A stretch of DNA of 60,219 nt, from the NCBI GenBank assembly GCA_964511315.1, contig CAZEFF010000007.1, positions 1 to 60,219 on the forward strand. Reading direction: 5' to 3'. This document shows positions 39,038 through 49,492 of the stretch, piece after piece. Numbering within the stretch: position 1 is the stretch's first letter; the number at the start of each line of letters is the position of its first letter. A program made the position numbers and the translations under genes. The stretch comes from an uncultured bacterium (GTDB taxonomy: Bacteria; Omnitrophota; Omnitrophia; Omnitrophales; Aquincolibacteriaceae). Below the pieces are notes generated by a model. It ran no database searches. It worked only from the letters and a program-made list of their open reading frames with translations, and had not been told where the DNA came from.

Positions 39038-41152
39038 CTATTCGACAGCCATTGAAAGGCCTGAAAATGATAGATGATTATAAAATGAGATGCTTTTAAG
39101 AAGGGCGCTTTTGTAACCGTACCAAATGTCGAAGTTTCGGGCGCCATAAGTCGCATCTTTTTGAAAAAGCTGGGGCAAGCGTTCAATCCAATCGGAAACT
39201 TTTTGCGGGTCACGCCCAAGCTTTTCCCGTAATTTCCAGCCAACGCCCCAATAAAAGTTTTTGCGGTATTTATCCGGGATTCTTTGTTCCGCCTGTTTAA
39301 TTTCATTGATGCGGTCAGAGTAAACATAAATGCTGCCGTATGAATGGTCCAATAAAGAGCTTCCGATGCCTCTGTAATACCAACATTTTTCTTCATCGCT
39401 AAGATTTATAGAAAGGTCGCGAGCTTTTAAAGCTTCTTCGCCGGGAGGAAAGCTTGATCGAGCAACTTTTCCTAGTCCCCAAGCGGCCCAATGCCGAGAA
39501 GCGGGTGATAATTTATTTAAAAAGTCCTGATTTTTTTCGAATTCATCAAACCAGTATCCTTCGAAAAATGTTAAGAAACCTTTGTAGAAATAGGGCCGGT
39601 ATTGAGCCGGAAACCGGCCGTCTTGATTTAAAAGATCTTTCAGGGTGTGCTTTTCCGAGCTTAAGTAATAAAATGCAGAGAATTCGCGCGCTATGAAAGG
39701 CCGGTAATCTTCTGGGATAGTCTCGAATGAATCGGGTAGCCCAAGATGAACATTATTTTCCCACTTGGTTTGGCGAAGTAAAGACCAGAAAAAAATGCGC
39801 CTGTCTCTGGGCGTGAAATAAGAGGCTAGTTTACTGATTTGAGGATATAGATCCTTTGAAGCGTCTAAAAGCTGGAGCCAATCAATTCCCAGTTGGGCAT
39901 AGGAGTAGCCCTTGTATCGAAAACCTTGGCCGAGGGGGGAATTGAAATATAGAGGAGATGGGGCGATCAAACTTAAGGCAACTAGCGACAAAATTAAAAA
40001 TTTTGGAATTCGAGCATTGCCCAATGCGATTCCTAGAAGGATAAAACCAAAAAAATAAATAGGGGTATAGTATCGAAATGTAATCGCGTAGTAATATTTT
40101 TCAGGTATGTCCATTCCGCTCATAGCGTATATGGCGATGAAAACGACGGGGTAGATTAAAAAAAACAAGAGTTTTTGAAAAAATGATTTTTTAATAAAAG
40201 GGCGCTGGATTTTACCTGCTAAAAAAATCCCAATTGCCGTGACGCATAAAATGAAATAGCCGTAGGCTCCAGGAATTCGCAAAAAATGATCCCTTTGCAG
40301 GAATGAAAAGGACCTTGGCAGTGAAAAGAAAATTAACCTTAAAAACCGTTTTAGCATAATAAATACTGAGCACGAAGCGTCATGAAAGAGGAAGGCGCCT
40401 AAAAACTTTAAGCCTTGGTAAGGGTGAATGAGATTGCTAATGTACCAAGGCATCAGCCCGATTACAAAAGCCAATAAAAACAGGAAAGTGCTTTTTGAGA
40501 AAAAATTCTGGGGGCGGACAGCGATCCAAACAATCAGACAAGTTAAGCATGTGATTCCGGTTCCATAAAAAAACCAACAGCCAAATCCGCTTAAAACACC
40601 GAAGATTAGAAGATTGGTGGTCTTCCGGTGTTTCGTGAATAAATAGGCGTAAAAAAAAGATAAAATGCCAATGCTGAAAAGTAGGGCTTCGGAGTGTCCT
40701 GATTGCACCAGAAGGTAATGGGATATCACAATCGGAGGGCAAAAGATGAAGAAAAAAGCGGTCCAAATTGATGCCCGGTCCCCGAAATAACGTTTTACAA
40801 AAAATGAGGAAGTTAATATCGTTGCTATTGAAATTAAGAAAGTAGGGATTTTAAGTGCGAGCAGATTTTGTCCCAACAAAAGAAAGAAGGGAATAATGGC
40901 AAGTCCTAGCACTAAAGACTCGCCGGAGTAAAAATCTAGTTGAAAATTCCAAAACGGACAAGGAGTTCCGCGGATAATTTCCCGTGCGATGGTTCCCATG
41001 GAGAGGTCTTCTTTCCAGGATACGCTTTCAATGGATGTTAAGAGGATTAAAACTCTTGAAATAATAAAAACTGCCAATAAAACAACCAATAGGATGTTAG
41101 TCTTATTAATGGGGGGATGGTATTTGGTAGCGGCGGCGCGATTGATTGGCAT
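39038..41152 (-). CDS. GT-C-fold membrane protein with C-terminal helical repeat domain (paralog, SWxE type)
   Basis: VSWKEDLSMG, FQLDFYSGES, SGHSEA, FRYYTP, YKGYSY, FYWGVGW. Confidence 0.7.
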   Translation of the reverse strand: MPINRAAATKYHPPINKTNILLVVLLAVFIISRVLILLTSIESVSWKEDLSMGTIAREIIRGTPCPFWNFQLDFYSGESLVLGLAIIPFFLLLGQNLLALKIPTFLISIATILTSSFFVKRYFGDRASIWTAFFFIFCPPIVISHYLLVQSGHSEALLFSIGILSFFYAYLFTKHRKTTNLLIFGVLSGFGCWFFYGTGITCLTCLIVWIAVRPQNFFSKSTFLFLLAFVIGLMPWYISNLIHPYQGLKFLGAFLFHDASCSVFIMLKRFLRLIFFSLPRSFSFLQRDHFLRIPGAYGYFILCVTAIGIFLAGKIQRPFIKKSFFQKLLFFLIYPVVFIAIYAMSGMDIPEKYYYAITFRYYTPIYFFGFILLGIALGNARIPKFLILSLVALSLIAPSPLYFNSPLGQGFRYKGYSYAQLGIDWLQLLDASKDLYPQISKLASYFTPRDRRIFFWSLLRQTKWENNVHLGLPDSFETIPEDYRPFIAREFSAFYYLSSEKHTLKDLLNQDGRFPAQYRPYFYKGFLTFFEGYWFDEFEKNQDFLNKLSPASRHWAAWGLGKVARSSFPPGEEALKARDLSINLSDEEKCWYYRGIGSSLLDHSYGSIYVYSDRINEIKQAEQRIPDKYRKNFYWGVGWKLREKLGRDPQKVSDWIERLPQLFQKDATYGARNFDIWYGYKSALLKSISFYNHLSFSGLSMAVE

Positions 41153-41187
41153 TAGATATATATTTTCTCCAGATCTGATTTCCTGGG

Positions 41188-42882
41188 TTAATTTTTTCTT
41201 AGTTCATATTCAAACGACGGCTTACCATAGTCTTCGGCAAAGGCTTTTAGACCATTGAGGCCATAAATCTTCATATTCGAGGGAAAAGTTTCAATCCAAT
41301 CGAGTCCGCGCTTAAGATCTTCACGGTGAATTGCCCAGACTGCTGAGCCAAGCCCTCGGTAAAAAGGGGGGTATTCTTCAGGTGTGAGATTTTTAATTAC
41401 TTTCTGAACCTGACGGTTAAATAAAGTATTGGAGTCCCAAATAACGCGAAGCTGCGCTAATGCGAGGTTTTCAGCCTTGGATTTTGAGCTGGGCGGGTGA
41501 ATCCATTCGCTGTGATAAAGATTAGCGTATAAGTTTTTACTGTCTGCACTCGCCATGCCCCAAAGTAGAAAATAGGCATTCTCCGGATTCCGTTTTGAAA
41601 GCGCACGTGCCAAATCATCATTGGTTTTTACCGCAGGTGAAAAAGTGTGGACCCACTGTGTTCCGACGCGGTAATAGGAATATCCTTTATATTGCTGCGC
41701 TCGGCCGATGGGTTCCTTAAATAGAAGGGATGACTGGCCTAAAAATCCAATCAATAGGCAAAAAATAAGTATTAGGCGGTAAGCCGAAGAGAGCAAAATT
41801 GCCGCCAGGAGTAAGCTAATGAATTGTAGGGGCGCTAGGTACCTGTACCCAATATAGCCAATATCCGCAGCGATATCAAAATAGGACAGTGCGAACATGA
41901 TGACAAAAACTATGGGGAAAATAAGGAGCGGTAGGAGCTTAGCACTTCGGCCCTGCTTAGCGGCGAGGAAAATGATCGGGATATAAGCGATGCAGAAATA
42001 AATCCAAGAGCATATTTTTTCATGAATCCCGAAAGCGGGAAAAAAAGAGAAAGAGTTTGGGAGGTGAAGGAGTAATAGTTTGACAGCTTTTTTTGAGAGA
42101 TAAGCGAGAGAACTAAGGTTTTCAGCGGTTTGCGAAAAATTTGTTAAAGTGAAAGCAAGCCCCTCCATCCGGTAATAAGAAATGTAACTGAACCATGGAG
42201 TGAGCCCGAACACAAGGCCCGCGAAAAAAACAAGAAAAGCGCGGCTGAAAAATGATTTTCTGTCCAAAATCAGCCAGCTAACCATGCAAGTAAGGGTCAT
42301 CATGATATTTTGGTTGAAGAACCAGAAGCCGAATCCAGACAGTACGCCAAATAAAAAAAGATGGGAATTTTTTTTTGCTCCAAACAAGTAGAGATAAAAG
42401 AAATAGAGGCTTCCGAGACTGAAAGCTAAGGCTTCCGCGTGTCCGCTCAAGCCTGCCAAAGAAAACTGAACAAAAGATGGCGGTGCAAAAATTAAAAGCA
42501 GGGCTCCCGCAATTGCTGCCCTCCGGCTGAAATGATTCAGAAGAAAAAAGAAGCTGATAATGAATGTGATTATCGCGAAAATGAGTGATGGGATCTTGAC
42601 AGCTAAAAGCGTCGGCCCAAGCAGCTTCACAAAGGGAACTGCCAGGGCGCCTAAAACGATGGATTCTCCTCCGTATGGATCCATCTGATAATGCCAGAAG
42701 GGAAGGCGGGGGCCTTCAATCCAATCTTTCGCGATAACGCCAAGATCGAGTTCGTCATAATGAGACACTCTTTCAACAGCGGTGAAAACTGGAAGAAGCC
42801 GTGAAAGTGTGAATAATAAAAGGAGCCCTCCAAAAATATAAAAAAGAGGCACTGATTTTTTGGGTTCTGCGTTTGTCTTCAT
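41188..42882 (-). CDS. GT-C-fold membrane protein (paralog, HYDE type)
   Basis: ERVSHYDELDLG, YQMDPYGGES, SGHAEA, GYRYLAP, YKGYSY, FYRGLG; start at ATG 42882 (ATGA overlap). Confidence 0.7.
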   Translation of the reverse strand: MKTNAEPKKSVPLFYIFGGLLLLFTLSRLLPVFTAVERVSHYDELDLGVIAKDWIEGPRLPFWHYQMDPYGGESIVLGALAVPFVKLLGPTLLAVKIPSLIFAIITFIISFFFLLNHFSRRAAIAGALLLIFAPPSFVQFSLAGLSGHAEALAFSLGSLYFFYLYLFGAKKNSHLFLFGVLSGFGFWFFNQNIMMTLTCMVSWLILDRKSFFSRAFLVFFAGLVFGLTPWFSYISYYRMEGLAFTLTNFSQTAENLSSLAYLSKKAVKLLLLHLPNSFSFFPAFGIHEKICSWIYFCIAYIPIIFLAAKQGRSAKLLPLLIFPIVFVIMFALSYFDIAADIGYIGYRYLAPLQFISLLLAAILLSSAYRLILIFCLLIGFLGQSSLLFKEPIGRAQQYKGYSYYRVGTQWVHTFSPAVKTNDDLARALSKRNPENAYFLLWGMASADSKNLYANLYHSEWIHPPSSKSKAENLALAQLRVIWDSNTLFNRQVQKVIKNLTPEEYPPFYRGLGSAVWAIHREDLKRGLDWIETFPSNMKIYGLNGLKAFAEDYGKPSFEYELRKN

Positions 42883-43874
42883 GAGGTTTTGATTTGAAAT
42901 AATCGGCAAAAAGCGTGATACGCGGTTTTCGCGGCAATAACCCAAGGGTGGAGAAAGATCCATGCCCAGTAGCCGGTCTTAGAAGAGATGCCTCGATGAA
43001 TTTCGAGTTCAAGCGGAGAGGGGGCTAGTTTTTCGCGAAGCAGCCGTAATTTGCCTTGAAACCTCGGATACCCAAGCCATGTGAAAAAATAGCTCACCTT
43101 TGGCTGGGGAGCTTCGGTCACTAGACGTTTTAAAAATGAAAACAAGATTTTTCTTCCCGGGGATTTGGGGGTCAGTTCCAAAAGAAAGTCTTCAGGGAGT
43201 TTAGACAGTCCATTTTGAATAGCATAAGAAAGACCGTGGAATAGAAAAGTTTCGAGTTTTAATGATTGTATCTTTTGGGCAATCCTTGTCCAATCTATCA
43301 ATCGACTTTCTTTTTCTAAAAAAACGTTAAGATCCCGGACGAAAGTTGAAGAAAGAACGCCCCTATGGGCGGCCGTGTAAGCTGTGAGATAAATAAACTC
43401 ATCTTCGGGATGCAGCAATTGTATCGGGGCCCCCCGAAAAGGGTGACGGATCGAATTCTTCCAAATGCCGGCGGTCTCTTTAGAGTTTATGAAATACCAG
43501 AAATCCCAAATGATGTCGAGATTGATGCTACGGTCGGCATTTACATAAGTTAATCCCTCATCTGGTTCACGTATCAATCCCTTTTTTTCAAAAAAAGCCA
43601 TAACTTTTCGAATGTCTTTTGATTGTATAAGAAGATCCATGTCTGCCATAGAGCGCATTCCAGCGGAAGGATAAGCCCGGATTAAAAGGCTTGCGCCTTT
43701 GAGGGGGATTATCGGAATTTCAGCTTCATTCAGTTCCCGGGATAACTGGGCAAGATATTCAAGCTGAAAATGATTTCTCTTTGTGGTTTTTTCGAACTGA
43801 TTGAGAAAAAGATCAAAAGCCTCAATGCTGTTACTATCGGCTAAGGGCTGATTCGCGGAAGAAGAGGCTGTCAT
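42879..43874 (-). CDS. Nucleotidyltransferase (NTP_transf_5-like, lasso-cluster type)
   Basis: IPLKGASL...YP...RSMADMDLLI; first gene of the minus-strand block. Confidence 0.82.
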   Translation of the reverse strand: MTASSSANQPLADSNSIEAFDLFLNQFEKTTKRNHFQLEYLAQLSRELNEAEIPIIPLKGASLLIRAYPSAGMRSMADMDLLIQSKDIRKVMAFFEKKGLIREPDEGLTYVNADRSINLDIIWDFWYFINSKETAGIWKNSIRHPFRGAPIQLLHPEDEFIYLTAYTAAHRGVLSSTFVRDLNVFLEKESRLIDWTRIAQKIQSLKLETFLFHGLSYAIQNGLSKLPEDFLLELTPKSPGRKILFSFLKRLVTEAPQPKVSYFFTWLGYPRFQGKLRLLREKLAPSPLELEIHRGISSKTGYWAWIFLHPWVIAAKTAYHAFCRLFQIKTS

Positions 43875-43995
43875 TAGAGTTCATCATAGCACGCGGTTTA
43901 TTTTAAAATCAAACAGGAGCTTCATTTATCAGGGGCCTTTGTATATACTAACGAACCATGCGTAATTTTTTCCACTCTCTTTTGATTAGCCCTGT

Positions 43996-45444
43996 ATGAA
44001 ATTGCCGGCGCTTAACAGAGATAGCTGGTTTTTTTTAATCGGAGCCGCGGTTTTTACCCTTCTTTATTTCTTGTTTTATCCTTCAATCTATTCTTTTCGC
44101 GATGAGGCGAGTTATCTTTCGATGGCAACTTTGCTGAAATCGGGAAGGTTTTTTATTGGCGGATATGATATCCCATTTCAGTCTTGGGTAGAATCCAGGG
44201 GGCATCGTGCCTTTGACTACCCCATTGGGATGCCTCTCTTTCTCCTTCCTTTTATATATGCGGGCTGGCAGGCAGGTTTTGGGGGGGTGCTGCTTTGCCA
44301 TCTTGCGGGTGCCTTATATTTTGATAGGCTCTTGAAGGTTTTTAAGCTGAATCAGCCCTTTCTTTTCATGATTTATCTCTTTTACCCGGCGTCGGTATTT
44401 TATTCCCGGACCCTTATGAGTGATATCCCAGCCGCTGTCTGTTTTTTAGCGGGTGTTTATTATTACTATACAAATGACCGTTTGCTTAACTGGAAGATGG
44501 GCCTTTTTTTCGGGCTTAGCATTTTGCTGCGGCCAAGCGGATTGATTTATGAATTGCCGTTTCTCGCGGTGGGATTTTTTAGAAACGTGAAAAGGGACAA
44601 AACAGCTGCCGGTCTTTTTGCTGCGGCTTTCACGTGCCCGCTGGCGATATTGTTCGCGGCTCAATATTTTTTTTACGGGGCCCCGTTTGTGCCCGCGCAT
44701 GTGCTTCAATTCTCTCAGTTCAGTAATTTTTCCATCCATTATTTCTTGAGAAATGCGAAGCACTATCTGCCCGCGCTTATTTTGTCTTATCCTTTTATGC
44801 TTTTCGCGCCGTTAAAAGTTTCCGTAACGAAAAAAACTGAAATGCTTAGCGCTGTCTGTGTGGGGCTTGTTTTTTTTAGTCTTTATTCATTTCATGATCA
44901 ATTTCAGACGCCGTTGCAAACATGGATTTTAGGCGTGCGTTTTTTGTTGCCTGCCGTCGCTCTTTTGCTGCTTATGTACGCGGAAGTGCTGAATTGTGCT
45001 TTTGGTTTTTTAAAGCAGGAGCAGCGGATTTTATTTTTTTTGGTTTTGATCTTCGGATTGATTTGTTCCGGCTTTTATATTCATAAGCGGCACCAATTAG
45101 TTCTTCAAGATCAGTTGGCCATGAAGAAAGCCATTTATGAGGTGACGCCCGAGAATGCTATTCTGCTATACGACTTAAATGCGGCTGAACTTATGCAGGC
45201 ATCCTGGGGAAGACGGCAATATGTTGATTGGAGAATTTGGGGTAAAGATATGACGTCTTTTCTCGAAAGCGCAGATTTTAATCGGGGTGTTTTTGTTGTT
45301 AAGCGGGATGGTATGCCGGGAGATTTTAGTTTGGAATGGATGTCTGATAGTGATATCGATAGAATAAGAAAACGGTATCAAGTGAGACAAACCGCGAAAC
45401 AAGGCGGCGTGGAGATTTTTCAGTTTTATGAACCAAATCGTTAA
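43996..45444 (+). CDS. GT-C-fold membrane glycosyltransferase
   Basis: SFRDEASY acidic loop, YPIGMP, many TMs, GVRFLLP. Confidence 0.65.
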   Translation: MKLPALNRDSWFFLIGAAVFTLLYFLFYPSIYSFRDEASYLSMATLLKSGRFFIGGYDIPFQSWVESRGHRAFDYPIGMPLFLLPFIYAGWQAGFGGVLLCHLAGALYFDRLLKVFKLNQPFLFMIYLFYPASVFYSRTLMSDIPAAVCFLAGVYYYYTNDRLLNWKMGLFFGLSILLRPSGLIYELPFLAVGFFRNVKRDKTAAGLFAAAFTCPLAILFAAQYFFYGAPFVPAHVLQFSQFSNFSIHYFLRNAKHYLPALILSYPFMLFAPLKVSVTKKTEMLSAVCVGLVFFSLYSFHDQFQTPLQTWILGVRFLLPAVALLLLMYAEVLNCAFGFLKQEQRILFFLVLIFGLICSGFYIHKRHQLVLQDQLAMKKAIYEVTPENAILLYDLNAAELMQASWGRRQYVDWRIWGKDMTSFLESADFNRGVFVVKRDGMPGDFSLEWMSDSDIDRIRKRYQVRQTAKQGGVEIFQFYEPNR

Positions 45445-47482
45445 AGCCAAATCGGGGTGGGTGCTAGGGATCCTAGTGGGGTTATTTATTCTCTTGAGGC
45501 TGACTGTTCTGTTAAGCGGCGGGCTCCACGCGTTCGAAGACGAAGAGCTTTACCGCGGTACGATTGGCAGGGAAGTGATTAATGGTCTCAAGATGCCCCT
45601 TTTGGACTATCAGGCGGATCATTATTCGGGCGGGTCTTTGCTTGTCGGAGCTGCTTCGGCGCCTTTCTTTCTTTTATTTGGGCCAAGTTTATTTTCGCTG
45701 AAACTCTCTCCGCTTTTATTTGCCCTCATGACGCTTCTTGTTCTATGGAATTTCATGAAAAGAAATTTTGGTTTTTCGGCAGCAGTTTTGGCCGCGCTTC
45801 TTTTTGTTTTTGCCCCGCCGTCTTTTGTCCGACTTTCACTTGTTGCTATGGGCTTTCATTCTGAATCCATTCTATTTACGATTTTGAGTTTTCACTTTTT
45901 TTATGTTTATTTCTACGGCGGGCGGAAACCGCTTTTTTTATTTTTATTCGGCGTTGCATCGGGGCTTGGTTTTTGGTTTTGTCACATCGCGATTATTGCT
46001 CCTTTCTCGTGTATTCTCGCTTGGCTGGTTCAAGACAGCCGTTCTTTGAGCAGCCGAAGAAATGTTATGACCTTGGGAATGGGTGGTTTGGTAGGGCTAG
46101 CACCATGGATTTTTTATAATTTGACGCATGGATTTGAAGGGCTTGGATTTATTTTGAAAGTGCTTTTGCGGTTCAGAGGGCATTCAGGCGGCTTGGAACC
46201 GTCGGCATTCAGTTTTGATTTTAACAGGCTTTTTCTCTTGGTCTTCCGTGCCGTCCCAATGTCGTTTGCTTTTGAAGATGTTTGGTTTCTCCCTCGAAAC
46301 ATTACCGGTCTTGTTTATTCTGTAGCGCTGCTCTTTCTTGTTGCTCCGATTTACTTTTTTGGGTTCAAAGGTCTATTTATGAAGGAAAAGGACCATGCTC
46401 AATCAACATTATTGCCATTACTGCTTATGCCGCCTGTTTTTATCGCGGTTTATTGGCTGAGCTCGGTTGAAATTAATGCGGTGACTGAATCAAACTTATT
46501 TTATCTTTTTTTTGATGACTGCCGGTATTTCATACCGCTGCATTTTTCGTTGCTGATGCTCGGGGCAATTGCCGCTGTTAGGGGGAAGGGAAGATGGTTT
46601 TTTTCTATTTTAATCGTGTTTGGCCTCTACGGTTTGTCGGGGATCTCATTTGTGGAGCCATGGGGGAGCGTTCTCCGTTACAAGGGGTATTCCTACGCGC
46701 AACTTGGCTCAATCCGCGGGCATATTTGGCCTAAACACTATCCTAGCTTCGAATCTTATCTAAAAGACCTTAACCGCTACCGGATGCCTGACCGATATTA
46801 TGTTTCCTGGTATTCATTTTATGGACTTCAATTTGAAAAAGACCTCGCGAGCCGGGAAAAGGTTAAGAGGCTGATGGATGCCGTGCCGCCATCGCTTATG
46901 CCGCAAATCGTCCAGGGTATTGGCTATGGGATTGGTGCTCAGCAGGCCACTGATTTTGATCCCGATAGCCCTTGGATGGCGGCCATTCCGGGGAAATATC
47001 ATAAGTTTTTTTATTTGGGATTTGCTGATGCGGCAATGGGAGGCGGAATCGCGACGATTGATCAGGTTCTCGAATTTGGAGATAGACTTTCCGCTGAAGA
47101 ACGAGGGGGCTTTTATTTTTTGCTGGGGCAAATTTGTCCTTATGAAAAGAAGCCGGGCGGTTTGGATGCTATTTTAAAACATAGTGCCCCGGGGATTGTC
47201 CCTAATTTCAAATCTTTTTTTCAGGGAATAGGGATCCGCTGCTCAATTAATTGGACGCTTGAAGGTTACGCTTTTCCGAAGGCTGTTAAGAATTTGGGGT
47301 TTGAAATTCCGGCTGAATTTCTTGATGATTTATATTTTGGGGTGGGATGGGGAATACGGACGCAGTTTGCCGAAGACAGAATCCGTGGGCTGGATGTTCT
47401 AAAAGAAATTCCGGGAGATCGAAGAGCGCAGGCTCTTGCGGGGTTCGAGGCATGTGAAAAAACCTATGCGATTCCGGTCTAG
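45428..47482 (+). CDS. GT-C-fold membrane protein with C-terminal helical repeats (paralog)
   Basis: FEDEELYRG, YQADHYSGGS, GFHSES, CRYFIP, YKGYSY, YFGVGWG. Confidence 0.7.
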   Translation: MNQIVKAKSGWVLGILVGLFILLRLTVLLSGGLHAFEDEELYRGTIGREVINGLKMPLLDYQADHYSGGSLLVGAASAPFFLLFGPSLFSLKLSPLLFALMTLLVLWNFMKRNFGFSAAVLAALLFVFAPPSFVRLSLVAMGFHSESILFTILSFHFFYVYFYGGRKPLFLFLFGVASGLGFWFCHIAIIAPFSCILAWLVQDSRSLSSRRNVMTLGMGGLVGLAPWIFYNLTHGFEGLGFILKVLLRFRGHSGGLEPSAFSFDFNRLFLLVFRAVPMSFAFEDVWFLPRNITGLVYSVALLFLVAPIYFFGFKGLFMKEKDHAQSTLLPLLLMPPVFIAVYWLSSVEINAVTESNLFYLFFDDCRYFIPLHFSLLMLGAIAAVRGKGRWFFSILIVFGLYGLSGISFVEPWGSVLRYKGYSYAQLGSIRGHIWPKHYPSFESYLKDLNRYRMPDRYYVSWYSFYGLQFEKDLASREKVKRLMDAVPPSLMPQIVQGIGYGIGAQQATDFDPDSPWMAAIPGKYHKFFYLGFADAAMGGGIATIDQVLEFGDRLSAEERGGFYFLLGQICPYEKKPGGLDAILKHSAPGIVPNFKSFFQGIGIRCSINWTLEGYAFPKAVKNLGFEIPAEFLDDLYFGVGWGIRTQFAEDRIRGLDVLKEIPGDRRAQALAGFEACEKTYAIPV

Positions 47483-47491
47483 AGGAGAAAT

Positions 47492-49492
47492 GTGAATAGA
47501 AGAATACGGCTGTTCTTTACGGGCTTGCTTTTTTTGCTTTGTGTTTTGCGGCTAGGAATTATTCTCACATCCATTGAACGCGTGTCTCATTACGATGAAC
47601 TGGATCTTGGAACAATTTCGCGGGAATTAGACCGCGGATTGAAAGTGCCGTTCGAGTTTTTTCAGCTGGATGCCTATTCCGGAGAATCCTTTATTTTAGG
47701 GCCTATGGTGTTGCCGTTCGCCAAGCTCTTTGGCCAAAATTTATTCGCAATTAAAATGGTTCCGTTCTTTTTTTCGATTTTAATGCTTGGGGCCGGCTAT
47801 GCCTTTATGCTGAGGTATTTCGGGACCAAATCCGCAATTGGGACCGGACTATTGTTCGTTTTTTCTCCGCCAGGATTTGTGCAACTCTCATTGGCTGCCA
47901 TGGCCGGACATTCTGAAGCCTTCTTTTTTGGTTTTCTCGCGCTGTTCTGTTTTTACGAGTTTCTCTTTAAACAAAAATCTTTGGTTCTGCTCGCCTTGTT
48001 CGGGGCCTTATCGGGTTTCGCTGTCTGGTTTTATTACGCGAATGCCATCATCGTATTTTCATGCTTAGCCGTTTTTTTCATTACGGACCGAAAGTTCTTT
48101 TTTAAATCATTGCCTCTTTTTTTTGCCGCGTTTCTAATCACTTTCTCGCCATGGATTATCTCAAATCTTCGTAATGACTTTTTAGGGCTTGAGCTTGTCA
48201 GTGAGAATTTGGCCGGGTTTGATTGGCCTCGCGTGATCTATACGCTTAAAAAGCCGATCAGATTTTTTATTATGAATCTGCCCCTTTCATTTTTCACTAC
48301 CCCGGTATTTGGAATTCCTAAGGCCTTTTCCTCTTACGTTTATTATCTTCTTTTACTGCTTTTGGTTTTGCCCGTGGTTTTTGCTCAAACCAAAGGTTTG
48401 TTAGAGAGACGAATTGACGGCCGATTTTTATTTTTTCTAATCTATCCTCTGATTTATACGGCATGCATCACTTTTTCCCACTTTGATGTGGATAGGGATA
48501 TTGGGTTTGTTGGGTACCGTTATGTTACCCCGATGGTATCCGTTCTTCTTTTGCTTGGAGGAGTCGGCTACGCTTTTTTCGAAAATCGTAGAGTTTTTTT
48601 TTACGGGCTGCTGCTTTTGGGGTTTGCCGGGCAAGCAGGCATGCTTTTTCAAGAGCCCTTCGCCCGTGCTTTTCAATACCAAGGATATTCCTACTATCAG
48701 TTGGGAACACGCTGGCACTTTAATCTTGCCTGGGCTTTTAAAAACTATGAAGATTTTCAGCAAAAAACCGCTCATTTTTCAGTGAATGAGCGGCGATACA
48801 TTCTCTGGGGCATGGCGCAAATGGCTCAATGGAATGAGCAAGAGATGCTTTTTGAATCGCGTCAGAAGCAGGGAGATGATCTTAAGGTCTACACGATGAC
48901 GGCTAAGGAACCCGAAGAGTACGCACCCTTTTCCTATGAATGGCTGGGTGGGCTGCCGCGATTTCGTCCTCCCGAAGGTCTTGAAAGCTTCCGTCAAATC
49001 AGCGAAACCATTCCCATTTCTTCTAAGAAATATTTTTGCCAAGGCTGGTTATGGGGAACGGAGACCTCGCGAAGTTTTATCGACTGCCCGGACTGTTATA
49101 TCGGAAAAGATGTTTGCGATATTCATCAGCTTGACCGCGTGATGGTCTATCTTTTTGATCTTTATCAGGATAATGGGCCCCGCCGTATGAAGCAAATTTC
49201 TCGTTTTGGCAGCGAAGAAAGAAAGCTGGCTTATCGAGGGGTAGGGCATACGCTTTTTCTTACCGAAAACATTCTGAATCCATTATCGAAATCACCGATG
49301 CCAATTTATACGGGCCCTATTGCGAAAGAAGATATGGCCGAAGTTTATTGGGGGGTGGGCTGGGCGATCCGCGAAAAATTTCGTGAAGACCGCATTCGTG
49401 CTATGGATTGGATTGACCGGCTTCCGGCAGAGGCTAAAGATTCGGCCGCAAAAGGTTTAAAGGATTACGATCAATGGTACATGCTGAATTAA
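47492..49492 (+). CDS. GT-C-fold membrane protein with C-terminal helical repeats (paralog, HYDE type)
   Basis: ERVSHYDELDLG, FQLDAYSGES, AGHSEA, GYRYVTP, YQGYSY, YWGVGW; GTG start. Confidence 0.7.
   Translation: MNRRIRLFFTGLLFLLCVLRLGIILTSIERVSHYDELDLGTISRELDRGLKVPFEFFQLDAYSGESFILGPMVLPFAKLFGQNLFAIKMVPFFFSILMLGAGYAFMLRYFGTKSAIGTGLLFVFSPPGFVQLSLAAMAGHSEAFFFGFLALFCFYEFLFKQKSLVLLALFGALSGFAVWFYYANAIIVFSCLAVFFITDRKFFFKSLPLFFAAFLITFSPWIISNLRNDFLGLELVSENLAGFDWPRVIYTLKKPIRFFIMNLPLSFFTTPVFGIPKAFSSYVYYLLLLLLVLPVVFAQTKGLLERRIDGRFLFFLIYPLIYTACITFSHFDVDRDIGFVGYRYVTPMVSVLLLLGGVGYAFFENRRVFFYGLLLLGFAGQAGMLFQEPFARAFQYQGYSYYQLGTRWHFNLAWAFKNYEDFQQKTAHFSVNERRYILWGMAQMAQWNEQEMLFESRQKQGDDLKVYTMTAKEPEEYAPFSYEWLGGLPRFRPPEGLESFRQISETIPISSKKYFCQGWLWGTETSRSFIDCPDCYIGKDVCDIHQLDRVMVYLFDLYQDNGPRRMKQISRFGSEERKLAYRGVGHTLFLTENILNPLSKSPMPIYTGPIAKEDMAEVYWGVGWAIREKFREDRIRAMDWIDRLPAEAKDSAAKGLKDYDQWYMLN

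Noticed and set aside
38983-39396. 137-aa minus-strand ORF upstream of the RRE
   Set aside because: It overlaps the 704-aa membrane gene almost entirely in another frame and shows no motif.
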